Source: Phoronis australis
Lineage: Eukaryota; Animalia; Phoronida
Assembly (NCBI GenBank): GCA_002633005.1
Contig: NMRA01000059.1
Coordinates: forward strand, 361,883 to 425,882
Direction: 5' to 3'
Length of the DNA stretch: 64,000 bases
A program made the translations under genes and the position numbers. A model generated the notes under the pieces. That model had not been told where the DNA came from. It saw only the letters and a program-made list of their open reading frames with translations, and did not search any database. How positions within the stretch are numbered: position 1 is the stretch's first letter; the number at the start of each line of letters is the position of its first letter. Positions 1 to 12,839 of this stretch are shown here, piece by piece.

Positions 1-481
1 AGAAAATGCACAAATTTTGAACATCATAACTCAGAAATTTTCAGACGCTATGATTTATGCACTATTCTCCAGTGCTGTATGGAATTGTTTCTAAAATAAT
101 CAGGTTTGCATGAAAAGCTATCAACCAACAGGACTTGACTTTCACAAGGAAAAACTAGTTCCATAAAAACGAAAACTGTAACAGTGTTTTTGAGATCTTA
201 TCTTGAGCATTTAGATAAAATAAAATTTGATCATTTTGATACTGTAGTTTTACTAACAATTTACTTGAAGTCTTTTGTCAAGTTTTACTAGCAATGAAAC
301 TTTCTTTTTGTCAAGTTTTACTAAAATGACATGGTTACAAGACACAACAGCAGACTGGTAAAGTCAAAAATCAAATTCTACAGTTTTTAATTTCACAAAA
401 AATAAACTTTTACTCACTACAAAAACTATAGTTTTCTAAACATTTAGCTAAACTAGTTCATCACGTTTGTAAATTTCTTAC

Positions 482-543
482 CTCCCTCGTTGTTTTCTTC
501 TATTTCTTCGTACATTTCCTTGTGTTTTGGTCCACAAAATACT
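482..543 (-). CDS. PHF6-like coding exon 5
   Basis: tatttcag acceptor, 62 nt, VFCGPKHKEMYEEIEENNEG, donor gtaaga. Confidence 0.85.
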
Positions 544-3500
544 CTGAAATAGGATCACAAAAGGTCTTTGTGCTGCTGCTATGTTTCGCAAGAAGTCAAG
601 AAAGCAGTATTTGCTTGTGGCGTTTTGTCGAACAGTTTTGGGGAAATTGCAGACAACACATGTGCAGTTACAAGGGTTGATCATGCTAAACAATAGAGAG
701 AAAGGTATCTTTTCAACCAATGCTCAAAATTCAACTGACCTGTATTTTACAACCTTCCCCCTTAGGTTGTCCTCCTGTGTGTAACGGTAATATGTGGCCT
801 GGTCGTCGAGACCTAGCGCCACACAGCTGAAGTGAAACGATTTTGAACACCGACTGTAGGCACAACCCGCAGAGGCACCTGTGAAGATTATATTCGATAT
901 GAGGACCTGAGTAAAAGGATGAGCATGTGAATGTTCAGAGCTTACCTCTACTGTATCTACGTGTTACATGTCTATAATGGGCATGATAGTAAGACACTCA
1001 CACCAAACTACCACCATATAACTCAATCAAACAATGTGCAAATAGTTTCACTGCTGAAATATTCTCATCTCAGCCAAGTTCTCATAAATAAAGCTAATGT
1101 GATGACCCTGCTGTGTTTGTAATGTATGGCGATACGTTGCAGGCCTGCAAGATCTAGTAATGTATGGCGATACGTTGCAGAACTGCATGATCTTGTAATG
1201 CATGGCCATACCTTGCAGACCTGCATAATCTTGTAATGTATGGCCATACCTTGCAGACCTGCATAATCTTGTAATGTATGGCCATACCTAGCAGACCTGG
1301 ATGATCTTTTAATGTATGGCCATACCTTGCAGACCTGGATGATCTTGTAATGTATGGCCATACCTTGCAGACCTGCATAATCTTGTAATGTATGGCCATA
1401 CCTTGCAGACCTGCATAATCTTGTAATGTATGGCCATACCTTGCAGGCCTGGATGATCTTGCATTTACATAAAAAAGCACATAAGTGTGCAGATAATTAT
1501 AAAATATACCTTTAAAAATTTTCTTTACAGTTTTCTTGGTGGAACCCTTCTTGGAACACAGAGCACATTTCTAGAGAGAGAAACAGTGATAAACTATGCA
1601 AGACTATAAATAGCCAACAGGTTGCACAATATGTCCACGTCTGACTGACTTACTTCACACTGGTCCTTCAGTCTTGTTAATAACCTCTCACTTACAGGTG
1701 TGCTTCAGTTCAGGTGTTATATTCAACACAGGGGGTATACCTAGCCATAGACAGCACGGAGACACATAGGGGCTCAGTGTGGTCTACACTACAATTTAAA
1801 GCATAACATTTAAAACAAGTTTAAAATTTGAACACCATTAGTAACTTTTATTGACCACATGCTGTGAGGCTACACTAGAGACTGCTGACATGGCATATTA
1901 ACACTTTATTCATTGTGGGGTCTCTTGAACACATGCTGTGAGGCTACACTAGAGACTATTGACATGGCATAGTAACCCTACATTCATTGTGGGGTGTCTT
2001 GAACAAGCTAAGCTCTATCTATAGGGTCTATTTTACTCTGTTCCAATAGTGCATCAGGATCATAAAATACAAACCTACATTACATAAGGTCAGTCTTTAG
2101 GAAAAAGGATCTGAGCAAGGAACGAGTTACAACTACTCTCAACTATAGCCAAGCTCTCGCTCACTAAGGGGAATCTCCCCCAGTCGTCATCGATTTCACC
2201 GACCCCCTCCAGTCATGACCAAGTCAGCCCCCCACCACTGCCTTGAGTAGCCAAACCAAAGTTTCCAGTAGTTGCCTTTCACACTCCTTAAGGCAGACCG
2301 AAACAACACTCAGGCCATAAGGTTTTTCCTTGGGATTGGCTAGCCTAAGTAGTAGGGGAGTCAGGTAGTGAACCCACCACCTCTAGCTCTATACTATGTA
2401 ATCACACCTTGATTGTTCTCCACATCGAGGTTGATGACACTGGAAACGCAGGACAGTGAAGCGAGGATTTCCATAATTATGCAAGGGTTAGCGGCAGTTA
2501 AGAGTACTTCTATCCTTGAGGGAAATTCCTGACCTTTGAGAATTTTTGTGTTTGATGAGGTGAACTTAACGTGAATTCAATATTCTTCAGAGCGGAATAG
2601 GGAAAATCTTTGGTCTTAAAATTGGTAGCACTCATGGCTGTGAGAGGAGAGCAGTATTGTACATACACATATTTAGGACCATATAGATTCCTAAATTCTG
2701 AGGCTGAAAATTGGCTTCAATCAGTCTGAAACGCATCCTATGTCTCAAACTTCATAGTAACACATCTGCCAAATCTCAAAAAAATCCTGCAAGAGTTTGG
2801 GAGATACAGCAGCAGATACCCAGAAAGGGCTGACAGTGATATGCACCCACATATATGCACCCACATGTATGCACCCACATGTATGCACCCATATATATGT
2901 ATCTGTGGGTGTATAAAAATCACGAAAAAAATTCCTTCACCAGACACAAAAATTGACCAGGTGGTTAGAAACACTTTGACATCACGCAAACAGTTGACAT
3001 TAGAATATTAATGATAACTGCCAAACTCAGCCTCCTGTTGGCTCCCATGAGCCCGGGAAAATCAAGTTCACGGCCGAGCAGCTTGTCCGACAAGACCAAG
3101 TAAATGAATTTTTGCAAACTAACAATTCTGAATGAAAATATTTGTTGCAGTGATAAGTCACTTATTTAGCCATCAGTGTTGGTAATATGAGGCACAAATT
3201 GGCAATGTGCTTTGATTATGCAGGAGCTAACTGGACGCAATCTGAAGCCTTTGCATTTGAATAGTTTTTGCCAATGTCACGTGTTCTCATTTAAAATACA
3301 CGGCAGTATCTCAGGCAATCTTGCAAAATTTTGATTTTAGCTCGGTCCTAGCGTAGATACGAGTGTTTTGAATGCACGCCAGGTTCCCGATGCTTCGTCT
3401 GATATGGAGGGCGCCTCAGACCAGTTCGCTCAATTTATAAAACCAAATTGCAATCACTTGCACGTCAAGACATTTTGACACTCTATCGTTACAAATAATG

Positions 3501-6500
3501 ACTTAAATTATTTACGCATAAGACTCAATAATAGTATCGATAACTAGCTAGCACGTGTTAATAAAACTTTACGACATTGACTGTCTTACGGCATGTATGG
3601 AAACTGTCGTCTGCACGGGTGTCTGCAGTTGCAATGCCGAAAAAATGCTTTTTTTGTATATGGCTTCAAGTCAACGAGCTCCAATCTTGCGACTGGTAAC
3701 CAAACCAAAGAGCGTGAAGCCACCAAGCAACTGTATGAAACAAATAAACGAAAACTGGTATGATAACGTCCAGAAAATGCTTTGTGTCCTGTGTGAAATA
3801 TACGCTGACGCAGGCGTCTGGGTCAGATGTGTTTAGGATCAAATCTTTGAAATGTCACCAACAGTCGACGGTTCACTCAGCAGCTTATAGAAAACCTTCT
3901 GACTGGACAAGTTAAAATGTAAGTTAATGTTGCGCCCTGAAAGAACAAGATATCGGTTAGTTCATTGTAAGTGAAGGGGTGGTTAAACATAGTACAGAGT
4001 AAGAAAGAGTCACCAGAGTCTTGGTTTACCATTTCAACACCCCTCCACTTAGACTCAACTATGTAAAACCACAAGATCTACACCTGTATTTAAAGCTACA
4101 TAAGTTTTGTCAACAATAATCAGTGCCAGAGAACAGCAAACTCCAAAGCTTACCAGTTTTCCACCTCGTCGCTGTTCACGTAAAACTTCGTCAATTTTAA
4201 ACCCTCCAAAGTGATGGAACGTATACTGTTTCAAGCCGGAGGAGTATTGCTGAAAAACAATTGATCACATTTATTTTTAATTTCAGACCCTCTTGCTGAA
4301 CTTCACTTTCTACTACTTTATAAGTCCGCCTTCACATTAAGTGTCAAAGAAATAGCCTGCTATAGAGTAGACTTAACATTAGCCTTCTACACAGTAGAGT
4401 AGGGTTAACATTAGCCTTCTACACAGTAGAGTAGGGTTAACATTAGCCTTCTACACAGTAGAGTAGGGTTAACATTAGCCTTCTACACAGTAGAGTAGGC
4501 TTAACATTAGCCTGCTACACAGTAGAGTAGGCTTAACATTAGCCTTCTACACAGTAGAGTAGGCTTAACATTAGCCTGCTACACAGTAGGCTTTACTCTG
4601 AAGACATAACCAACAATTGACACTCATTACTGTTAATGCTGCATTTTGACCCATTTAGCAGCCTATGGAACAATTAAGTCTTTCACTCTCATAAAATCGG
4701 TCTTGCAATATTCCTCAATGTGATGGGATTCTATTTCTGATGAGTGAAATACTAAACTGACACACGATGTATGTATGTATACATGATCAGTGACATAACA
4801 AACTGACACACGATGTATGTATGTATACATGACCAGTCACATAACAAACTGACACATGATGTATGTATGTATACATTGCATGGGACGTGAGTTGGTAATG
4901 GATATGGTATCATGATGACCGAAAAAATATCAAGAAACCAATTTTATGTGATTAAAATGCCCAATTTGATTTTCATGCGTTTTAGAAATCAATTTGATTT
5001 TGAATATTTTTTTTTCACTTTGCTTTCCAATCTAATGTCCTCAAACAATGATTAATGATTAATGATTCTGGAACCACAACTCTACAGGCAAGTGCGACTA
5101 CTACGATCTTGTTGCATTCACAAGAAGAGATATTTTCCAGTCAATACATTCTCAAACACATAACATTACAAATGTACTGATGGTTTACCATCAGTATTTA
5201 CTTTTCAGAGATGGCGACTACTTCATTGTGAAAAAATTTGCTCATAACTTTGGTTCACTGGTAACAAAACATCCCAAAATGCAAACAAACTACAACCACT
5301 TCTGGTAATTTCTTGTGAACTGCACGCAAATTTGCAAAAATAGAATGTTCAGTAGGTTGAAAATTCGTTGAAAACAGAGAACTGAACAACAGATGCAGCC
5401 ATTCTCATCGCTCCGAAATTTAAAAACAGAACAAAAGAGACTAACAACATTGTTTTGACGTCAGTAATCAAATTAACTTCAAAAAGTATACTTTTTAATG
5501 GCACTAATTACGAGTCAAATTTTGTTTCACTCCATTTTTACCCAGAATGATCCAAAGCAGCTGAACTGTTGTGCGTGAACTTGGAATCTTGCTTAATCTC
5601 AAGATAGTGTATTCGTGAACTTGGTATTTAGTATTATTTAAGGCAAAAAGGTGCAATTTCTGTTCGGTGAAAAGAAGTTTTGTAATTATTGGCCTCGCGA
5701 TCAACCATTTTCTCTTTTACCGTAACTGTCGCTGAACCACAAGAATATTTGAATGGCTAAATTGATTATTGTTTGGTGAAACCGATCGCCCGTAGTTGAA
5801 AAAGTTGGTTAAAATGTAATTTGATTAAGTGCAGTGCAAATTTTTATGAACATTAACATGATTATTTGAGTGAAGTTGTCATGTTGCCTCGCGTATTCCA
5901 AGTTCACGCAACACTCACTTCCGCTTAATCTTGAGATTAAGCAGGATTCCAAGTTCACGTACTGCAGAACAAGCTGCTTCGTGCCAAAGCTTAAGAGTCT
6001 ACACATTTATAAAACAAACCTGTGGTTTACGGAATTGATTTTGTTTCGATTACAGCTTTCAAAAAAGAAGCACCTCTGGCAAAATGGAAAACTTGCATGG
6101 TTTACTGAAAAGCCACCTCAAAGTATATTTACTGCATTTGTTAAACCTTACGGTGTCCCCATAATGCTCTATGCACAAAAAGTACTTATAGCAATGCAAC
6201 TTTGTTGTTTAAATCAGTGTGTAGCATAAATCAAAGAAAAACGTAAGCATGAAGTGCCTATTGGAGCATCATTGTCTCTACTGGGGCGAGTTGAGACCGT
6301 GACACTGTGTAGGGGTACCCAGTGATGAACTGCCTAGGCTATTGGAGCCTCACTGTCTCTACTGGGGCCAGTTGAGACGGTGACACAGTGCAGGGATACC
6401 CGGTGATGAAGTGATTATTGGAGCCTCACTATCTCTACTGTGGCCAGTTGAGACAGTGACACTGTATAGGGGTACCCAGTGATGAACCCTGCTCTGCTGA

Positions 6501-7218
6501 ATGGTTTTTTACTGTTTTGAACATTTCCTTTAGCTCGATCAGTAGTTAATTGGAGTGCGAGTCGTGATGCCGCATAAAAGAGCATGGAAACGCTTAAAAA
6601 ATGGACTAAATTGACTTTGCATAGACTCAGATACCAATGTCGTATGGAGTTGAAATCAAATGGGAGGTTTTTGTAGCTGTTCTCTTTGTAAACACTCCAG
6701 GTTATGCTGTAATTAGTGTATACACTCACTTCTTTTATGATTTATCTAGATTATAGCATTTACACGTGTATCCATTATTGTTTATGGTCATTTGACCCTA
6801 GCTAGATTTTAGTTTAGCGATTACAACTTAACTTTTATAAACAATTATCTCTGTGTTATTCTCCACCTTTAGCTTAAGTTCCATTTTCTTCATGTTTTAG
6901 TTAAATTTATTAATTAATGCCGTAGTAATAGCACAACTGGCTAATGTTAATCTGTTCTCCGAACGACGTTAAATAACTAGTAAAGCTTCATTGTAAAGTA
7001 GGCTAATGAATATGAATGTGAAACTTTTTGAACAAATTCAAATTGTCAGCGTACGATGCTTACAACCATCGACTCTAAATACAACTGATCTCAATGATTA
7101 CCATGCATTTATGATGAGCACTGCAGCCTGAGGCGGTGTGTAACTCTCCACATTGTTCGTTAACTTCAGATCCTCGATGACAAAACCCACACAAAACTTC
7201 AGAATCACTTCCCGCCAT
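482..7218 (-). CDS. PHF6-like extended PHD (ePHD) zinc-finger gene, 5' part: join(7218-7102,4249-4154,1570-1510,878-740,543-482), continues beyond the window start
   Basis: Five GT-AG exons with compatible phases splice to MAGSDSEVLCGFCHRGSEVNEQCGELHTASGCSAHHKCM|QYSSGLKQYTFHHFGGFKIDEVLREQRRGGKL|KCALCSKKGSTKKTVKKIFK|GASAGCAYSRCSKSFHFSCVALGLDDQATYYRYTQEDNLRGKVVKYR|VFCGPKHKEMYEEIEENNEG. The CGFC..CG.L..AHHKCM..SS..GGF.I..V..E.RRG.KL.C.LC..GA..GC...C...FH..C pattern is the ePHD of the PHF6/PHF11/G2E3 family and is closest by eye to PHF6. Confidence 0.9.
740..878 (-). CDS. PHF6-like coding exon 4
   Basis: cttcacag acceptor, 139 nt, GASAGCAYSRCSKSFHFSC..., donor gtcagt. Confidence 0.9.
1118..1462. 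repeat. 38-bp minisatellite, about 9 copies
   Basis: Unit tgtaatgtatggccataccttgcagacctgcataatct. It explains ORFs 1065..1361 and 1154..1480. Confidence 0.95.
1510..1570 (-). CDS. PHF6-like coding exon 3
   Basis: ctctctag acceptor, 61 nt, KCALCSKKGSTKKTVKKIFK, donor gtatat. Confidence 0.85.
2730..2920 (-). mobile_element. Possible 5' end fragment of a Helentron-type non-autonomous element
   Basis: Minus strand reads ttttatacacccacag followed by a short (gcacccacatgtat)n array, resembling the terminus of the element at 37217-40532. Confidence 0.35.
4154..4249 (-). CDS. PHF6-like coding exon 2
   Basis: tttttcag acceptor, 96 nt, QYSSG...RRGGKL, donor gtaagc. Confidence 0.9.
4353..4591. repeat. 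32-bp minisatellite, about 7 copies
   Basis: Unit ttaacattagccttctacacagtagagtagg(g/c). Confidence 0.95.
4754..4875. repeat. 46-bp tandem repeat, about 2.6 copies
   Basis: Unit aaactgacacacgatgtatgtatgtatacatgatcagtgacataac. Confidence 0.9.
5555..5979. mobile_element. MITE-like inverted-repeat element
   Basis: Imperfect inverted repeats of about 50-70 bp: cgtgaacttggaatcttgcttaatctcaagat (about 5574) versus atcttgagattaagcaggattccaagttcacg (about 5928-5959). Confidence 0.7.
6259..6486. repeat. 76-81 bp tandem repeat x3 with an internal palindrome
   Basis: tattggagc...cactgtctctactggggccagttgagacggtg...gtgatgaa repeated three times. Confidence 0.9.
7102..7218 (-). CDS. PHF6-like coding exon 1
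   Basis: AAGATGGCG start context, 117 nt, ends AHHKCM then donor gtaatc. Confidence 0.9.
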
Positions 7219-7263
7219 CTTACTTTAAAAACTTGTTAACTTCTGCTTCCACCAGGTGGCAGT
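7210..7263 (-). promoter_or_regulatory. YY1-like AAGATGGCGG over the start codon and a CTCF-like CCACCAGGTGGCAG just upstream
   Basis: Motif matches at 7212-7221 and 7249-7262. Function is inferred only. Confidence 0.4.
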
Positions 7264-8289
7264 ACCTTACACGTACATGTACCACCCGAACCTGGCGTCA
7301 GAGATTCGAGCCCCCGAAATTAAAGGCTGGGTGCGCGAATGAAAGTACATTTATAAATGTACTAGAAACATAAATGTGTGCCAGTAAATGTCGGATCCAA
7401 CAGAATTGAGGGATTGAATTAGAGTTGGTTGAATTTGACTTTTGCTGAAGTGGACTGAGTTCATGTACCAGTACGATACAGTAACTTTGCACCAGCTAGA
7501 CATTTCCCTTTTACCGTCACGATGTAATTTTACCTGTGTGATGGTGAAATTTTGAAATAAATAAAATGTTGTCTTTCTCGTTCTGGAGTGGCCAATCAGA
7601 TGGACTCAGTGTGCGTGTTATTGACAGTAGGCCTAAATAATTCTGCGATTCCGCCGCACCGAACGGATCGGATAACAGGGATAGGCCTACCATCGATTCG
7701 TGGTGTAAAAAATAATATTGGCAAAAATCAATAATGCGAACGCCTTGTTAAAACTCTAGTTCAGCTTATATACATGCATTGCAGTCGCCGTGTTGTTTTA
7801 CAACAGAGTCTATGACACAACTGTATGAAGAGTGTAACACGTACCCTGTCGTATCAAACTGTATAAATTACCAGTTCACCACGCGCAGATGAATTAGGTA
7901 CCGGGACAAGTAATAACAAATAGTTAAAGAAAAGTTACGTGCGTGTCATTGAAGAGTCTTTGAGACAACCCAGCATACCTTACAAGCATTTTGTTTTTTG
8001 AAAAACATCTGCATATTGATGTAACTATTATTCCTTGGTGTAACCTGAAGTATACAATTCCAATCACCTTTCGGGAAATTGTGTTTGTGCAATTGCATCC
8101 TATGCATTTGCACAGACCTTCCGACTTCAGCCGCACAAGCAGTGGTGTTCACAGGCACACACGGCTAACTGATGGATACGTGCGTGTCTTACCAACCAGT
8201 ACAGGGTGTTTTTGGGGGTAATCTGTGCATTCTTCTTTTTTATTGAAATATTGTTGACATATCAGTTTCTGTAACTCTATCCTCAGTGA

Positions 8290-8473
8290 ATAAAGTCCGA
8301 GTAAACGATATAAAAGTCCACAAAGGACACAGAAAATCGGCGCAGATGCACGATTCGTACGCCTGAACGTAGTAGCCCCGTTTTTTTTTTAGTCCTCGTT
8401 AATTTTGTTCAGTAAAGGGTCCCCATACAGAGAAATTCGAGCCCCCCTATATTTTAGGCTGGGTTAGCGCATG
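8290..8473 (+). mobile_element. Partial copy of a short dispersed MITE family (also 7297-7342, 41125-41350, 49880-50088)
   Basis: Shared 3' end ttcgagccccc...aggctgggtgcgc and shared aaaagtccac blocks. Confidence 0.7.
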
Positions 8474-10887
8474 GGAAGTAGATCCCAATATGTCTTTCCA
8501 CACAATATATACTGACTAGCTCACAACTGAAGACACCTGTATAGTGCAAGGGGACAAAACCGGTTGCTATGGCGTCTCAGAAATGTTGCCAGCCACAGAG
8601 GAGTGTATACTACGTTGCGAATGAGGCAACCGGTCTGGCTCTAGGAGGTTGCAAACATTTTAATGTTCACTTTGTAAACATCCCTGGTAATATTAGGAAA
8701 TGAATAGCATTTCAAGTTGGTGCACCCATTCACAGTAGATATCACGCAGGAGCAATGAGACTGTTTGTAATGAGATACCCACTCGTTTTCTGACGGATGA
8801 TGCAGAAAACAATGCTCTTAGGCCTATGTGTAGATTGATCGGGTGATGTCAACGTCATCAGAAAAATCACAAACGATGGTGCTGCTTTGGATACTATCAT
8901 TCTCATAGAAGCAAATCCAAGAAAAGCCCAGGGCACTGTCTTCTCGAAAAAGACTGTTGGAATTGTATCTTTATAAAGGGTACTTTGATAACATGTTCGA
9001 GATTTGCCAAACCAATTCTTTGTGTTTTTCTAAATGGAAGGTTAAGCTTCAGCGAACATATTAAACACATTCTGTAAAAAGACTCTAAGCACTTCTCCGA
9101 GTCTTCCATCTTTGTCATCTTTTACAGATATCGTCCGAGCTCATGATTTTTCACGCACGTATATGAATGTCAAACGTCTTAATGTTTTTCTAAATGAAGT
9201 GTTAAGCTTCAGCCAACACCCTAACCACATCGTAAAAAGCCTCTAAGCGAGATATGCGTTATGTTCTCTTTAGAGCTCACGACTTTTCACACATATTTAA
9301 AATCCTATTTTAACCATTGTTCGTTGACTTGATTCATTGTGGAATCGAAGATGGCTTAAGAAGGCCCAGTGCCCTGGTGTACCGGTACAACGACTAGACG
9401 TCTTCTTATCTATCACCACTGAACTTGGCCAAGTGTAAACCACTCATGCGCGATTGATTCATTAAGGAATCTGAGGGAATTCTAGGGGGAAGCCACCATT
9501 GTCCCCTCAATCCATTATTTTGGTTCTCTTCGGTGCGGGCGCATAATCAACCGCAACACGGAGGTTATATTTATGTTAAAACGTAATGCGCGACAATCTA
9601 TTTATGGAATCTGGGAGAATTTTAGGGAGGGGGCATAGCCCCTTACCCCCCGGCAAATCTGCCACTGATACAAGACGCCAACACCAAAACATATAGTAAA
9701 TTCGCAATACCAAGGAGTGGAACAATTTGCCTACTTAAGCCATTTTTATGAGCTGAAGGAGTCCTGTCAGGTTGTCTCATCCACCTCACAAGGATCTGCG
9801 AATGTAGTATATGTGCAGTGTATTATGCTCCGTAACTAATCACTTTCATGGCATTCAACATAATACTAATGAACACCAACCATAAACATTAAGATGTCTA
9901 TGATATCAACAGAAGAACTAATTATAAAAGGCCTTACAAGTCGCTTGTACGAAAACAAGTACTGCAGAAAATAGCTGGCCGTAAACTAACACATGTAAAT
10001 GTTTTATTGATTGTATCTTGATGTGACGTCACATGACATAGCGGTGCTGCAGATTTACCCAACACCAGCGCACTGAGTCAGTGAGCTCGTAAACGGACAT
10101 GGAATTATTAGAAAACAGATGGGGCCAATATGTGCCTTTGTGACCAGGACCTAGTCTTCGTTGCTGTTGCTCGATCTCATTTTATGACTAATTATGACTG
10201 AGCCACACTACAGAACGGAGCAGTCTTATCTCTAGGTTGATACCCATCTAGGTATGTGGAACATTTCCAGTCGATTTTCATAAAAATAAAATTGGGTGCG
10301 ATCCGAGTTGGTAACCGAAACGGAACCGTATAACTAAGGAATATTATGGGCCAAACTAGATTTTCGTTTTTGAGCCAGCTGAACAGGGCGAAATGGAACT
10401 GTAAATGTTATTTTTCATTAGGTATACTTTGTGTCACTATGTTGTCATAAAATGCCTTTTGTTTCGCCAATCACGGCCTCCTTCTTATCTGTCATCTGTT
10501 TGTGACGTACCTTTGTTTTTCCTAAAGACATGTCGAACATAAACTGGTGCGAGGTATTTTTCATTTTCCCCATCACTTCTTAGAATTAACCTCTGAAATC
10601 AACACAACGTTCAGAATGATTCAAACTTTTGCTGGTACCCTAAGGAATAAAAACCTCTGGATTGTTTAACAACCATTTGTGACCTCCCAGTGATGACGTC
10701 AAAGGTCACTTCACAATTCGGTACATGGCCTTTCATAGGAGTGAGACAAAGAAGTTAAGAGTGGTATATAGCAGGATTTTCCTGTAAAAAGGAGAAGTGC
10801 AAACAGGCCAAATATGGGAAAACTAGACACGCCTGAAGTCTGGTGGGGCGAAACACAAAATTAAACTAATACAAGAGACACAATAAT

Positions 10888-10893
10888 TTTATT
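10888..10893 (-). terminator. Candidate API5 polyadenylation signal (implies a 3' UTR of about 1.7 kb)
   Basis: AATAAA on the minus strand followed by GT/T-rich sequence (tgtgtctcttgt...ttttgtgttt). Confidence 0.35.
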
Positions 10894-12625
10894 AAGCTGA
10901 CACAAGTAGTGCTCACATTCATAAACATTGCCATAAATTACTCAAAGTTACAAAATTGGTCGAAAATCCTTACTTACCACAACATATCTGCTGGAATCTC
11001 AATTTGGGATCGCTGGTAACTTATTGCTCATGACACAAAACAAAGCCATTTAAAAACACTGCTTCTTCACCAGTAACAACACAAAACACCAACCATTTTG
11101 TCCACGTCCAATGCCTGTCTTATCATAAGTTTGTTCTTCCTGCCGACACAGATACTTACTCAATGACTTTGCTTGATGTCCGCCTTGAATTTCTAATTGT
11201 TCTGTGGGGTCCTGTGATGAAGTCAGTCAACTATATAAGGCACCTACAGTCTTGCTTATTTTCAATACTCAGGGCTTGGAATGACCAACGATAAACAAGA
11301 GGAAGAATTTGCAGGTGATGCATCATTCCACAACTGAGCTCGTAAGATAGAAATATATTTTGTGTTGTAAAATTTTAGCTGAAATAAATGCTTTTGCATG
11401 AATAAAGTCAAACTAGAGACAAAAAAGAGACAAAAATTAAAGAGGAACCTGGAAATTAAATAAGAGGAAATCAAAATCAAAAAAGAGGAAATCATCTTAA
11501 AAGAGGACAATTCCAAACTCTGAATACTGTATTCAATTCTTACTTACCTTAAAATGCAGGCAAAAGAGTCTCAAGTCCAACAGATATGGCCACAAATCAT
11601 AACTTCCGCATTAACAATAAGGACAATGCAGTGAAACAACATGTCATGCCTGGGAAATTCTTTTTCAAAAAGTCGAAAATAGGCCATGATGTAAATGAAA
11701 ACGAGCATTCAAAACTTTTTGTTGGGTTTCAAAGGGGATCAAGTTCATACCAATTTACGCCGTGTTAAGTAAAATACTGAGAAACCAATGGGCTCCGTTA
11801 GGTTTGGTAGAAAAACTAGCCCATACTGTTGCACTGCTTGTCAATCAAAATGAACTCACCAATCAGATGACAAGATGGTAATTCACCAAGACTCCACCCT
11901 GCCAATTAGTTTAGTGTCCACAGAGGTCTATACTACACAAGATTTGTGTCCTGTCGACATGATGAAGCACAGTTCCAGCACCAGTCTCAGTTACCAGCAC
12001 TTTCCAACTATCAGATTACAATAAACCGGGAGCACACTAACAGTCTTACTTCCTAAAAATAAATCCACCTTCAGACAATCCTGCTAAACCAGTCAAACTA
12101 CAGCAGAACTATGTTGAACTCCAAACAGCACAACTTGTAGCATGACCATTTACAAAACACACATTGCAAAGTTGCATAGCTCCAAAGAAATACTCCACTG
12201 CTGTCTCTCCAAGTATGAAGTAACCCTGATCTTCCATCAGTAGCCTCTCTCCTTCACAACAGCTCAATACTACCACACAGCCTCTCTGGGTTCACAATCA
12301 GTACAGCGTTAAAGTGCAATATTAACCAAGGTATAAACAGAGAGCACCCTAATTCTTTGCAGTCCAAATCTCAGTGATTTCACAATAGAACAACAGATGG
12401 CAGAATGGTCACCTCAAGTACAACTATACATTCTTAGTCACATGACCGACCGTATAAAGCTGCTAAATATGACTAACTAATTAGACAAGTGTAAGAAACT
12501 TTATAATTATGAATGATAACAAGTTAAAAGTTTCTTCAGACTATGTACACTTTGGTTATCTTCACAGGCAAACAAATAAGTCGAGCCATGTAAAGATGAT
12601 ACAGATCCTAGGTACATTGTCAACA

Positions 12626-12839
12626 CTAGTATCTTCTTCCTCTCCATCCGCGGTAAGCACCCCGCCCACTACCACGGTAACCACCGCGGCCACGTCCTTC
12701 CCGGAACTGGCCCGCCTTCTCACTGAACTTGCCACTAGGAGGATGGTAAATCTCTCGAGATTTCTTGTGGTCCCCGGTGGGTTTCTTTGCTGAACCGTCA
12801 CCCTCGAAGGTTATTGGGGTGATACTGGTCCTCTTTTGA
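12626..12839 (-). CDS. API5: API5 exon 12 (last coding exon)
   Basis: QKRTSITPITFEG...IYHPPSGKFS...RGRRY then stop. Confidence 0.95.

Noticed and set aside
3380-3836. Possible DNA-transposase remnant (DIDCLTACMETVVC)
   Set aside because: Resemblance too short, and no termini found
1118-4591. Regular short repeats as a CRISPR array
   Set aside because: Head-to-tail minisatellites with no unique spacers, inside introns of a eukaryotic gene
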